Virus record (IMG/VR): IMGVR_UViG_3300025697_002467
DNA from: a virus
Lineage: Duplodnaviria; Heunggongvirae; Uroviricota; Caudoviricetes
Direction: 5' to 3' (one strand)
Length of the DNA: 64,000 bases
The notes under the pieces are model-generated. The model did no database searches and had not been told where the DNA came from. It saw only the letters and a program-made list of their open reading frames with translations. The stretch's first letter is position 1, and each line of letters opens with the position of its first letter. A program made the translations under genes and the position numbers. Shown piece after piece: positions 8,943-17,489 of this stretch.

Positions 8943-9521
8943 TCATGGTGTATACATTCCTCTATGTTCTTCCAAGAACTCATTAGTACCATGTCGAGTA
9001 TCTTTACCCGATAAAATATCTTTTAATCGGCGGTCGTATAATATTACGTTCACGGCAGCAGCCAAATTCAGGCAATGGGCTGTCGGAATCGTCACGAAAC
9101 TGTGTGCCCAGTTCAGAACCGACTTTGGTAATGACCCGTCTTCTGGCCCAAAGATATAAAGAGCATTCTCTGGGTGTTCAAAGTGTACCAGATTTTCCGA
9201 GTTCGGTCGAACTTCTATGGCCACAGGGGTCACATCAATTTTATCAAAAGCTTTCCAATATTGATCATTGTGAATAACTTCTACTTTTTGATAACCCTTC
9301 ATCCGTTCCTCCCGTGGGAGTCGGCTGAGGTCATCCAATTTATCAATCACTCGGTCTCCTGTGAACCAAAGCTGGTTCATTCCCCAACAGGAACAGGCTC
9401 TTAGAGCATTGCCTACGTTGTGTGGGTCACGGGGATTAATGAGAAGGACTCCTGGTGGCACCGGTGTTCGTTTCTTCATCATCTCTTGGATGTATTTGGC
9501 TTTAACTGCTTTAGTGCTCAT
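8943..9521 (-). CDS. SpoU/TrmH-family RNA 2'-O-methyltransferase
   Basis: SPOUT motifs NPRDPHNVGNALRAC, LYIFGPEDGSLP and IPTAHCLNLAAAVNVILYDR. Confidence 0.8.
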   Translation of the reverse strand: MSTKAVKAKYIQEMMKKRTPVPPGVLLINPRDPHNVGNALRACSCWGMNQLWFTGDRVIDKLDDLSRLPREERMKGYQKVEVIHNDQYWKAFDKIDVTPVAIEVRPNSENLVHFEHPENALYIFGPEDGSLPKSVLNWAHSFVTIPTAHCLNLAAAVNVILYDRRLKDILSGKDTRHGTNEFLEEHRGMYTP

Positions 9522-9957
9522 TTAATTATATCCGCCCATTTTCGTTGAAAGCATTAAACTTTTCTTCATCGGTCATGTTGTTCATACGTCGTTCTATCAG
9601 ACGGTCACGTAATACCAAAATACCTATTGAAACAAGTGTGATACCAACAAATGTGATACCAACAAATAAACTAGCTGTTAAACACATAACATTTTCCTTT
9701 CGAGTTATGACGGGGCTGCAACCCCATTATAAAAACCTGACCCCTTGAGGGGGGACGAGAGGTCAGGCCACGGTGGTTTGGTTAAGAAAGTAAAGAGTAA
9801 AAAGTTTATGGCTCAACCGCTGTTTGATATCAGTTCCGGCTCCCCGTGCTAAAAAAGCTCTCGGTGCCTTCATGAGTGTGTAATCACGGTGTTTCTAGCC
9901 ATTTTCATAATCCTGTTAGGGATCGATTTAACCTCACCAACCATGTATAAAACCAGC

Positions 9958-10524
9958 TTACTCAAAGAGAGCTGGCTCCAATCCTTCAATTTCAACCTTG
10001 GTTCCATTACCTATCTGAATAGCTTCTCGAAGGGCAGATGCTCTCCGTGCTGCTGTCTTGGCCAATAGCTGAGAGTCAGTAACCGTAATCTGCTTCTCAG
10101 CATATTCAGTACCTTCTTCCCGACTACGTTTCAGACTCTCACCAAAATCATAACGATCCATTTTCTTAGGTTTGGAAAGATCACGCCATTTCTTTTCTAC
10201 ACGTCCAGCACCACCGACCAATTTAATAGCCATAGTTAAAGAGATATCTTGACCTCCAACTGACACTTTTACTTTTTGATTGTAGAGAGCCTGAGCAGCT
10301 TGCACCTGAGCAAAATTAGCTTCTGCTTCACGAAAAATTGACATTGCAGCTACAGGGCTGGGTTTTTCCTCATCTTCAAACTTCCAAATGGAATCATCAA
10401 AGATATGTTCAGCCGTTTCTTTAGCAAAAGCCAGTTCTTTCAAGGCTCTCATCAATTGGTATCCAGTAACTTCCATAGTCAGTACTCCTCTTAAACTTAA
10501 TAAAACCCTGACAGGCTTTAACAC
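9958..10524 (-). CDS. hypothetical coiled-coil protein adjacent to the flotillin-like gene
   Basis: ORF of 188 aa; the likely start is the internal Met MEVTGYQL. Ala/Gln-rich coiled-coil content. Confidence 0.45.
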   Translation of the reverse strand: MLKPVRVLLSLRGVLTMEVTGYQLMRALKELAFAKETAEHIFDDSIWKFEDEEKPSPVAAMSIFREAEANFAQVQAAQALYNQKVKVSVGGQDISLTMAIKLVGGAGRVEKKWRDLSKPKKMDRYDFGESLKRSREEGTEYAEKQITVTDSQLLAKTAARRASALREAIQIGNGTKVEIEGLEPALFE

Positions 10525-10550
10525 CTGTCAGGTGATTAAATCACGTTCAG

Positions 10551-12545
10551 TTAAACTTTCGGGGCATCCATCATCGATCTCATCCGTTTAGTCATCGTTT
10601 TTTTAACCTTGGGGATAACATCATCACCGTTGGCCATGCCCGTCAGGGTTGCAAAGAGTCCGTCCATGGCACTCCCACTGCCACCACCGGTTACGAGAAC
10701 CTTCGGCATGATGTTCATACCATTCTCAGACAAGGAACGAGCCACGTTGACTACTGTAGTTCCCTGCTGACCAATGGCCTCCACTTGCTTCTGATAACCC
10801 TCAGCAAGACCAAGAGCAGTAGCTCTGACTTCGGCAGCTTTAGCAGCACCCGTCATTTCGATGTATGTTGCTTCACCATCAGCTTCGTTTTTACGAGCAT
10901 TGGCTTGGTTCTCAGCAATTTCCATACCGAGTTGGGAACTAACCAGATCTTTCTGCTTGTCAGCCTGAGCATTGGATTTCTCCATCTTGACACGTTGGTT
11001 CTGAGACTCAGTCTGTTTCTTGTAAGTTTCGATTTCCTGATTGGCAATTTCACGTTCGGTCAGGACTTCTACCAACTGTGCTGGCAGGATAACATCCTGA
11101 ATATAGACACCACGGACTTCAACTTCATACTGGCCTAAATGCCTCACGATATGGTCGTTGGCTTCTGTTTGGATGGTTTGACGATCCTCAATGAACTTGA
11201 CAGCAGCCATTGTTTGCAGCTTATCCCGGAAATGGTTACCAACGGCAGCTTGCAAAACTTCATTGATCAGATTTGCCATAGTTCCGACCATCGAAATAAC
11301 CTGTGGGGCTTTCGTGTCAGGAACATGAATCTGCACTTGAAGGTCGATAGTAAATACAAAACCTTCCTTGGATTTAGCACCAATCGAACTGAGCTGTTTG
11401 TCAAGGTCATGAGCGTCAGAAGTAGCATTTGCCCAGTTCAGAGTCAGGATGCTGGTAGGCACCTTTTCAACCTGATAACAACGGGGATTTAAAGCATACT
11501 TACCTGTACGAAGAGGTTCTTGCCAAATACCACGGTGACCAGGTCGGACAAGAGAGCCAAATTTGAACTCAGCACCAGAGATGTCTTCTGTAACCAAACC
11601 GACATAGGCTTTGACCACGGCAACTTGACCCTGTTGGATTACCAACATTGGAGCTTTTTCTACTCTAACGAGGAAGGGGTTCAGTGCATATGCACCATAC
11701 ATCAACGGATCATGCTGGAGTCCCATTGTCCCGCCTTCGTCGAGGAACTTCTGGTAATCCTGATAGTTGTTATGTTTGTCGTTCTGGCTGCCGAGCAATA
11801 GCTCAATCATAGCAGCATCAGAAATTTTATCTTTGCTTGTTTCTATGTCCCCGATGTCTTTGAATCCATTCATACGGGATGCAATATCACCAGCAGGAAG
11901 TGGAGGTCCTTCAAGAGTTGTCACGATACCAATGATATCCTTAACTCCGTTGTTGGAGGAATCTGGTTCGATGACAGTCAACTTGAAACAACTGGGGGAA
12001 AGTCCAAATCGTTCTGAGCCTCGAACTGCTTTTTTCACGTCTTCGGACATTGGAAGCCCGAATACTTTGTCAGAAGTAACGACAAGGAAAGCAACAGGAT
12101 GGATTGGGACGATAGTTCCTGGAGATAGCACAGGACGTTGGATACCTTTTTGACCACCGTTTTCAATGAATACCTTCAAGTCACGATAGTCACCGAAGAT
12201 TTCTTTGTAAGCAGCAGATTTAGCACCGATAGGCAAAGGGTCTCCAATCTGAGATTGAACCACACCAATTTGGCCTGGAGGTACTTGCACCCACGGATGT
12301 TTTTCAACGGAATAAATTGGCCAGAGCATGAATCTCAAGCCAGGCATCAACAAATCAGCTTGATAACCGGCTTCACCATTGAAGGCTATCGGGTTATCCC
12401 CACTCAGTTGTTTAAAGGCAAGGTTTTTGGATACAAGTCCAACCTCGTCCTCATCAATAAAGTGGAACGACTTGATCACCATTCCGGTGATCACGCCTGC
12501 TATAACAGCAAGCACAGCTACAACAAAAAGCACAAGACCAGTCAT
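10551..12545 (-). CDS. flotillin-like SPFH/band-7 membrane protein
   Basis: N-terminal transmembrane helix, a central SPFH-like region, and a C-terminal Ala/Glu/Gln-rich coiled-coil of the flotillin type (YqiK-like). Confidence 0.65.
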   Translation of the reverse strand: MTGLVLFVVAVLAVIAGVITGMVIKSFHFIDEDEVGLVSKNLAFKQLSGDNPIAFNGEAGYQADLLMPGLRFMLWPIYSVEKHPWVQVPPGQIGVVQSQIGDPLPIGAKSAAYKEIFGDYRDLKVFIENGGQKGIQRPVLSPGTIVPIHPVAFLVVTSDKVFGLPMSEDVKKAVRGSERFGLSPSCFKLTVIEPDSSNNGVKDIIGIVTTLEGPPLPAGDIASRMNGFKDIGDIETSKDKISDAAMIELLLGSQNDKHNNYQDYQKFLDEGGTMGLQHDPLMYGAYALNPFLVRVEKAPMLVIQQGQVAVVKAYVGLVTEDISGAEFKFGSLVRPGHRGIWQEPLRTGKYALNPRCYQVEKVPTSILTLNWANATSDAHDLDKQLSSIGAKSKEGFVFTIDLQVQIHVPDTKAPQVISMVGTMANLINEVLQAAVGNHFRDKLQTMAAVKFIEDRQTIQTEANDHIVRHLGQYEVEVRGVYIQDVILPAQLVEVLTEREIANQEIETYKKQTESQNQRVKMEKSNAQADKQKDLVSSQLGMEIAENQANARKNEADGEATYIEMTGAAKAAEVRATALGLAEGYQKQVEAIGQQGTTVVNVARSLSENGMNIMPKVLVTGGGSGSAMDGLFATLTGMANGDDVIPKVKKTMTKRMRSMMDAPKV

Positions 12546-12632
12546 TACGTTTCTCCTTACAGAGGGTTAAATGGTAGCACTGAAAATATTCAAAAATCAA
12601 TATTCGTTAAATTGTTATCTCCTTAGTAGGAG

Positions 12633-13328
12633 GTGTTGTTTATGTTACCCTTATTTACTGACGAAGAATTTGAAAAAGCTAAGTCCAGAGAAAAACTCCC
12701 ACTGAAATGTAAGCATTGCGGGAAAACTTTTTATCAAACTAAGAATCAAATTCAAGTTGGGTATTCCCCCAAGTATCATACAAAATGGGAATTCTGCTCT
12801 CCTTCCTGTATGGGTTCTTATCGGTATAAAGGTCACCGTATTGATTTTAACTGTGAACAATGTAGGAAATTATCCAGTAAGTTAAAATCTGCATATAAAA
12901 GAACAAAACATCATTTCTGTTCAAAATCTTGTTCAGCTACTTATCATAACCAAAGAAAACAAACAGGAACTCGGAGATCAAAATTTGAAGTCTGGGTTGA
13001 AAAACAACTGGTCTCCTTGTATCCAAATCTTGAGTTCCATTTTAACAAGAAAGACACCATTCAATCAGAACTAGATATCTACATCCCCTCTCTCAAGCTG
13101 GCTTTTGAGATAAATGGGGTTTTTCATTATGAACCTATCTTTGGACAAGATAAACTTGATAAGATTCAAAAAAATGAAAAAGGTAAATTTGCTGCCTGTA
13201 TTGAAAAGAACATCAGTCTTTGTATTATTGACGTTAGTACTTTAAGCTACTTCAAGCCTAAAAAAGCTCAGAAGTTCCTTGACATAATTACTAATATCAT
13301 TGATCAAGCTATCAGCCTGGATTCATAA
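12633..13328 (+). CDS. putative homing-type endonuclease: N-terminal zinc finger plus Vsr/DUF559-like PD-(D/E)xK nuclease domain (paralog 1)
   Basis: CxxC...CxxC...HHFCSxSC zinc-finger region. The C-terminal SELDIYIPSLKLAFEINGVFH matches the D...(I/V)E(I/V)DGxxH core of Vsr/DUF559 nucleases. About 75% identical to the 15665..16357 gene, with a conserved upstream region. Confidence 0.55.
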   Translation: MLFMLPLFTDEEFEKAKSREKLPLKCKHCGKTFYQTKNQIQVGYSPKYHTKWEFCSPSCMGSYRYKGHRIDFNCEQCRKLSSKLKSAYKRTKHHFCSKSCSATYHNQRKQTGTRRSKFEVWVEKQLVSLYPNLEFHFNKKDTIQSELDIYIPSLKLAFEINGVFHYEPIFGQDKLDKIQKNEKGKFAACIEKNISLCIIDVSTLSYFKPKKAQKFLDIITNIIDQAISLDS

Positions 13329-13375
13329 TCCAGTTTCCATCCAATGCCTCGTGGAGGCTGCTTGACATCATTGGA

Positions 13376-13448
13376 CAGCGGTGGCCGGATTCGAACCGAC
13401 GACCTGATGGGTATGAGCCACCCGAGCTGTCCTCTGCTCTACACCGCA
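13376..13448 (-). tRNA. tRNA with CAT anticodon (third CAT tRNA; Met or Ile2)
   Basis: D-arm TAGAGCAGAGGACAGCTC, anticodon stem GGTGG/CCATC, loop CTCATAC, T-arm GTCGGTTCGAATCCGGC. The acceptor has a 1:72 T:T mismatch and CCA is not encoded. Confidence 0.55.
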
Positions 13449-13464
13449 AAAAAAGTTTTTCTCA

Positions 13465-13497
13465 ATACAACAACCCACGACTTTTCAAAACTAAGCC
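13465..13497 (-). promoter_or_regulatory. conserved promoter-like motif, copy 2
   Basis: Lies between gmk and the third CAT tRNA; same motif and spacer. Confidence 0.45.
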
Positions 13498-14051
13498 GTG
13501 TTTTTTATTATTCGGTATAAATCTTGTACTGTTTTTTCAATATCAACATTAATCAACTGATAGTCATATGTCTCAGCATCTTTGATTTCTTCTAATGCTC
13601 GGTTTAATCGTATTTGAATCACATCTTCAGTATCAGAACCTCTACCCCGAAGACGTTTTTCCATCTCATCCTTAGAAGGAGGTAACAAAAAGATTGTAGT
13701 AGCTTCAGGGAGTTTTGCTTTGACAGTTTCTTTTCCCTGAGTATCAATTACAAGGATTGCTCCGTCTCCGCAATCCCAAACAGTCTCCACATCAGACATT
13801 AAAGTCCCATAAGATTGACCGTGGACTGTGGCATACTCAAGGAATTTGTTTGACTTAACTAAGATATTAAAAGAAAATTCTGTTAAAAACTGATAGTCAA
13901 TACCATCTAATTCACCTTTACGAGGTTTTCTAGTGGTACAGGTTTTAACTTGTCTCCAGCCAGCATTAGAATATCTTTGGAGAAACCGATCCACTACGGT
14001 TGTTTTTCCAACTCCTGACGGTGCTGACAATATAACTAAATCTTTCGGCAT
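13491..14051 (-). CDS. gmk: guanylate kinase
   Basis: P-loop SAPSGVGKTT, plus TTRKPRKGELDGIDYQF and the remaining guanylate-kinase signatures. Confidence 0.85.
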   Translation of the reverse strand: MPKDLVILSAPSGVGKTTVVDRFLQRYSNAGWRQVKTCTTRKPRKGELDGIDYQFLTEFSFNILVKSNKFLEYATVHGQSYGTLMSDVETVWDCGDGAILVIDTQGKETVKAKLPEATTIFLLPPSKDEMEKRLRGRGSDTEDVIQIRLNRALEEIKDAETYDYQLINVDIEKTVQDLYRIIKNTA

Positions 14052-14204
14052 TCAATTTATCCAATCTTATTCAGATGGCTGATTTTCGTAACGATGGCTG
14101 AGGTCGAATCAAGTTCATCCATATCAGGGATGAGCTTCAATCCATAGGATTGCTGCTTCTAATGATGTTGATTTAAACGGGTTAATAATCATAATGGTTC
14201 TCTT

Positions 14205-14242
14205 TCTTACCTCAACAACCCACAAAAAAGAGAAACTAAGCC
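14205..14242 (-). promoter_or_regulatory. conserved promoter-like motif, copy 3
   Basis: Lies between tRNA-Gly(CCC) and gmk. Confidence 0.45.
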
Positions 14243-14251
14243 AAAAATAAA

Positions 14252-14327
14252 TGGAGCGGGAGACGGGACTCGAACCCGTGGCATCTACCTTGGGAAGGTA
14301 GTACTCTACCAACTGAGTTACACCCGC
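14252..14327 (-). tRNA. tRNA-Gly (anticodon CCC)
   Basis: Acceptor GCGGGTG/CTCCCGC, anticodon stem CTACC/GGTAG, loop TTCCCAA, encoded CCA. Confidence 0.75.
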
Positions 14328-14334
14328 GTTTTTA

Positions 14335-14724
14335 TTAAGCTTTGTTCAGGTAATCAGCAACTTTTTGAAGGTTACTTAAGAATCGGCCACCGTTTCGTTC
14401 AACCATCTCACCGACAGCTTGAAGGCTTGTTTTAGCTTCTTTACTGTAAGTAGCTGTTTTACTTGGGATATAGCAGAATACGGTTTTCTCTGGCCGTTTG
14501 TTGGAATCATCGACGACTTCGGCTATTGAATACACACCCTTCATATCCGGGGTGATGACATACAAGCAGAAATCACATTCCTCACGTTCCCTCAGTTCCG
14601 TTCTCTTGGCTGTTTCATCCCAGTTCTCTACGACAGGGTCAAAGAAATCAATGGTTAGTAATTGGATGAGTTCTTCTCTCCATGTTGTTTCAGCACAGGT
14701 ACCACCTAAAAACACTCGTTTCAT
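14335..14724 (-). CDS. nucleoside 2-deoxyribosyltransferase-like protein
   Basis: N-terminal VFLGG plus a conserved acidic core resemble the Rcl/deoxyribosyltransferase fold; the call is weak. Confidence 0.35.
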   Translation of the reverse strand: MKRVFLGGTCAETTWREELIQLLTIDFFDPVVENWDETAKRTELREREECDFCLYVITPDMKGVYSIAEVVDDSNKRPEKTVFCYIPSKTATYSKEAKTSLQAVGEMVERNGGRFLSNLQKVADYLNKA

Positions 14725-14780
14725 TTGGGGTTCTCTTTTTCATCAAGGTTAAAAAAAAATGGAGCTGGGTCTTAAAGATC

Positions 14781-14960
14781 CTATTTTTTTTCTGCTGTAA
14801 GTGATGTGGGGCTGAAGGTTCCTTCAAGAAGGTCTTTTGCCTTAAACCAAAGGCAAAAGAAATTTCCATTTTTGTCTTTTTCAGATATTGTCATCATAGG
14901 ACCGCCTGATTTTAATTCAACTACATCCCCTATTTTCAATTCTTGGTTGTCAGTACTCAT
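14781..14960 (-). CDS. DUF2158-like small protein (59 aa; absent from the ORF track)
   Basis: MSTDNQELKIGDVVELKSGGPMMTISEK... matches the KxGDxVxLKSGGPxMTV signature of the DUF2158/YodC family. Confidence 0.5.
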   Translation of the reverse strand: MSTDNQELKIGDVVELKSGGPMMTISEKDKNGNFFCLWFKAKDLLEGTFSPTSLTAEKK

Positions 14961-15028
14961 AGCATCTCACTTTCATTGTAAAGGGTTTTTCTGATAGCAA
15001 CTATCATACTATACCCAAAGAATAAAAA

Positions 15029-15104
15029 TGGAGCAGATAACGGGGTACGATCCCGTAGCCTTCGGATTGGCAACCCGATGCTCTACCAGTTGAGCTATAT
15101 CTGC
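15029..15104 (-). tRNA. tRNA-Gly (anticodon GCC)
   Basis: Acceptor GCAGATA/TATCTGC, anticodon loop TTGCCAA, encoded CCA. Confidence 0.8.
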
Positions 15105-15114
15105 ATTATTACTA

Positions 15115-15190
15115 TGGATGAGGTGGAAAGGTTTGAACTTTCGACATTCGGATTCAGAGACCGATGCTCTACCAACTGAGCTACACCTCA
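15115..15190 (-). tRNA. tRNA-Gln (anticodon CTG)
   Basis: U1:A72 acceptor, canonical D-arm TAGCTCAGTTGGTAGAGC, anticodon loop CTCTGAA. There is one U:U mismatch at the base of the anticodon stem. Confidence 0.65.
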
Positions 15191-15201
15191 ATAATTATAA
15201 A

Positions 15202-15278
15202 TGGTACATCTGACAGGACTCGAACCTGTGGTCCCTGGTTTCGTAGACCAGTGCTTTATCCATCTAAGCTACAGATGC
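15202..15278 (-). tRNA. tRNA-Arg (anticodon ACG)
   Basis: Acceptor GCATCTG/CAGATGT, anticodon stem CTGGT/ACCAG, loop CTACGAA, encoded CCA. Confidence 0.8.
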
Positions 15279-15285
15279 TTAATTG

Positions 15286-15585
15286 TTAGAGTAAGGAAAG
15301 TCTTCGGAAAATTTCTCCGGTATGCACGGTGGCCAGAGCAGTTACTTGGTCACCAATATCAGGTTCCCGGAACACCTTGAAAGGGATATCGTTCCCTTCC
15401 AATCGTCTCCTCCAGGTTTTCAGTTGCCTTCGGCCACTGACTCCCAAGATGATCATAGTTCCGTTCTTCCACTTTGTTTTGGGTCCTCTCAGAAGCCACT
15501 CAGCTACGGCATGGCCGGACTGAACAACTTGCTGGGACATCGGTAAGTCCCTACGGACTAAGACGTATAATTTTTGTTCTTCCAT
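15286..15585 (-). CDS. peptidyl-tRNA hydrolase PTH2-like protein
   Basis: YVLVRRDLPMSQQVVQSGHAVAEW resembles the PTH2 core (vvRtDL...GK.aAQ..HA). Confidence 0.45.
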   Translation of the reverse strand: MEEQKLYVLVRRDLPMSQQVVQSGHAVAEWLLRGPKTKWKNGTMIILGVSGRRQLKTWRRRLEGNDIPFKVFREPDIGDQVTALATVHTGEIFRRLSLL

Positions 15586-15664
15586 TAGGAACTCCTATAA
15601 ATATTGGTACGTGATACTGGGATTTAATTTCAATATTCATTAAATTGCCATCTCCTTATAGGAG

Positions 15665-16357
15665 GTGTTGATTATGATCCCTTTATATACCCCAGAAGAA
15701 TTCGAGAATGCTAAGTCCAGAGAGAAACTCCCCATCAAATGTAAACGCTGTGGAAAAACATTTTATAAGACCAAACATGTTGTGTATATGACATTCTCAA
15801 AGACATCTACCACAAATGATTTCTGTAGCAGATTTTGTAGTTCTAAATATCTTCATGAAAGCCGCTGTGTTGATTTTGACTGTGAGCAATGTGGAAAACA
15901 CACCAGTAATATCTTATCTGAATTTAATAGAAACAAACACCATTTCTGTTCTCGGTCTTGCTCTGCTACCTATTATAACCAAAGGAAACAAACAGGAATC
16001 CGAAGGTCAAAATTTGAAGTCTGGGTTGAAGAACAGTTGGTCTCCTTGTACCCAAATCTTGAATTTCACTTTAATAGGAAAGATACAATCCAATCGGAAC
16101 TTGATATTTATATCCCATCTCTTAAATTAGCTTTTGAGATAAATGGTATTTTCCATTATGAACCCATCTTTGGTCAAGATAAACTTGACCGAACTCAAAA
16201 GAATGAAAAAGGAAAGTTTGCAGCTTGTTTTGAAAAGAACATTAGCCTTTGTATAATTGATATTAGCACTTTAAATTATTTTAAACCAAAAAAGGCTCAA
16301 AAGTTCCTTGATATTATTACTACTATCATTGATCAAACTCTTAGCCTGGAGTCTTAA
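15665..16357 (+). CDS. putative homing-type endonuclease: zinc finger plus Vsr/DUF559-like nuclease (paralog 2)
   Basis: Paralog of the 12633..13328 gene with the same SELDIYIPSLKLAFEINGIFH core and a near-identical RBS region (ccatctccttataggaggtgttgattatg). Confidence 0.55.
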   Translation: MLIMIPLYTPEEFENAKSREKLPIKCKRCGKTFYKTKHVVYMTFSKTSTTNDFCSRFCSSKYLHESRCVDFDCEQCGKHTSNILSEFNRNKHHFCSRSCSATYYNQRKQTGIRRSKFEVWVEEQLVSLYPNLEFHFNRKDTIQSELDIYIPSLKLAFEINGIFHYEPIFGQDKLDRTQKNEKGKFAACFEKNISLCIIDISTLNYFKPKKAQKFLDIITTIIDQTLSLES

Positions 16358-16374
16358 TCACGCATGATTTTAAA

Positions 16375-16449
16375 TGGTACGGGAGGAGGGTTTCGAACCC
16401 CCAGCTTCTGCCTTGTAGGGACAGATTTCTACCATTGAATTACTCCCGC
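16375..16449 (-). tRNA. tRNA-Val (anticodon TAC), tentative
   Basis: Acceptor GCGGGAG/CTCCCGT, anticodon stem CTGTC/GGCAG, loop CCTACAA with an unusual C33, T-arm GGGGGTTCGAAACCCTC, encoded CCA. Confidence 0.6.
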
Positions 16450-16454
16450 ATGAA

Positions 16455-17099
16455 TTATTTGACTTCGTTAGCTGCTATCGGTTTGCCTGTCAGGAGATTT
16501 TTCCATCGGACAGCCACGATAGGTAATATGGTAAAAATTGACAGGAGAGCCTGCCAGTTTATTAAGAACCAGTCAGCATAGATTAACACTGTCGGCTGGT
16601 CTTTTTTTAATTTTGGGTCATCCCTATAAGCTAATAAGGTGAGTTTTTCCAATTCTTTTGCTTCTTCTGCTTCACTGAGGATGTGTTTACGAAGGAGTGC
16701 CCGTTCTTCTCTTTTTAAAGAACTGATCTCTCTCTGGATAAAATCTATTATTTCATCCTTTGCATCATCCCCATCAGCAATAAGGCTTTGTAGATATTTA
16801 CGTTCGTCTCGAATCTGACGTAAACTTCTGTCAGCTTGTCGGCCTCCAAATAGATTTCTTGGTTTTTTCTTCTTGGCCGATCTCTTTGATAACTCCCCAA
16901 TCTCAGGAATATCTTCTTTGAATACTAATCCGTCAAGGTCTGATTTGATAGCAGATTTAGGTTGAGATTTAGGTTGGGGGGCATCAATTACTAATCCAAC
17001 CTCACCGCTTATTAGGTAAGGAGGAATCCAAATACCTAATTGTATGAAAACTATGATGAGAATTAACCATCGAGCCTTGATTGTTTTAAGCCATTTCAT
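16455..17099 (-). CDS. membrane protein with a coiled-coil region
   Basis: N- and C-terminal transmembrane helices; charged coiled-coil centre. Confidence 0.5.
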   Translation of the reverse strand: MKWLKTIKARWLILIIVFIQLGIWIPPYLISGEVGLVIDAPQPKSQPKSAIKSDLDGLVFKEDIPEIGELSKRSAKKKKPRNLFGGRQADRSLRQIRDERKYLQSLIADGDDAKDEIIDFIQREISSLKREERALLRKHILSEAEEAKELEKLTLLAYRDDPKLKKDQPTVLIYADWFLINWQALLSIFTILPIVAVRWKNLLTGKPIAANEVK

Positions 17100-17141
17100 A
17101 GTAGACCTCCTATAGAAGGAGAGGTATCAAATAAAAACCGT

Positions 17142-17474
17142 CTATTCCCCAAGCCTGTCTTTTATATGTTCATCCTTAATAGCCCTTAACTCAATTAACC
17201 ATCGGGCTAATTGGTCAGTGTATTCAGCTAATTCAGGATTGTCATATTGGGCACAGTCAAGGACAGTCTCCTCAGCATGTTTGATTGCCTCTGTGAGCTT
17301 CATAATCTCCCCTGCTGGATTGCATCGAGGACATTGTTTGATAGAGCAGTACGTGAGCAGCGGAGGCCTTTCTTTGCCTGTTGGCACTTCGGAAGACTCC
17401 AATGAAAACCCTTTAAGGTTTGCATCTGAGAGATACCCAGAATAGAAGTGGTTACATTTTTCACATTTAGGCAT
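17142..17474 (-). CDS. hypothetical zinc-ribbon protein
   Basis: CEKC...CPRC motifs in a 110-aa product. Confidence 0.5.
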   Translation of the reverse strand: MPKCEKCNHFYSGYLSDANLKGFSLESSEVPTGKERPPLLTYCSIKQCPRCNPAGEIMKLTEAIKHAEETVLDCAQYDNPELAEYTDQLARWLIELRAIKDEHIKDRLGE

Positions 17475-17489
17475 CTTGTTACCTCACAG

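Noticed and set aside
9700-9960. Hairpin CCTGACC-N-GGTCAGG and a possible promoter or small gene in the 435-bp gap between the SpoU gene and the coiled-coil gene
   Set aside because: An inverted repeat is present, but there is no T-run on either side, no conserved 35-bp motif and no ORF with an RBS. Evidence is insufficient to call a feature.
10785-12626. Plus-strand ORFs 10785..11138, 11139..11492, 11767..12153 and 12138..12626, and similar antisense ORFs inside other long genes (40918..41724, 44201..44500, 30429..30824, 20006..20251)
   Set aside because: They are fully embedded antisense to long, domain-bearing genes (flotillin-like, PncA-like, NAPRT/NAMPT, macro-thioesterase, the 670-aa ORF) and have low-complexity translations and no RBS. 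Most likely they are frame artefacts.
14124-14312. ORFs listed in the track that overlap tRNA genes (14124..14312, 15009..15191, 18232..18429, 18784..18978, 23797..24054, 25015..25218, 25278..25562, 26443..26673, 26861..27055, and the N-terminal parts of 5182..5496, 17490..17840 and 23520..23969)
   Set aside because: Their translations are the typical G/S/P/R-rich read-through of tRNA sequence on either strand (for example GSIPSARTI, GDTGSSPVTRSI). They coincide with well-folded tRNAs and are treated as spurious, or were trimmed to internal starts.
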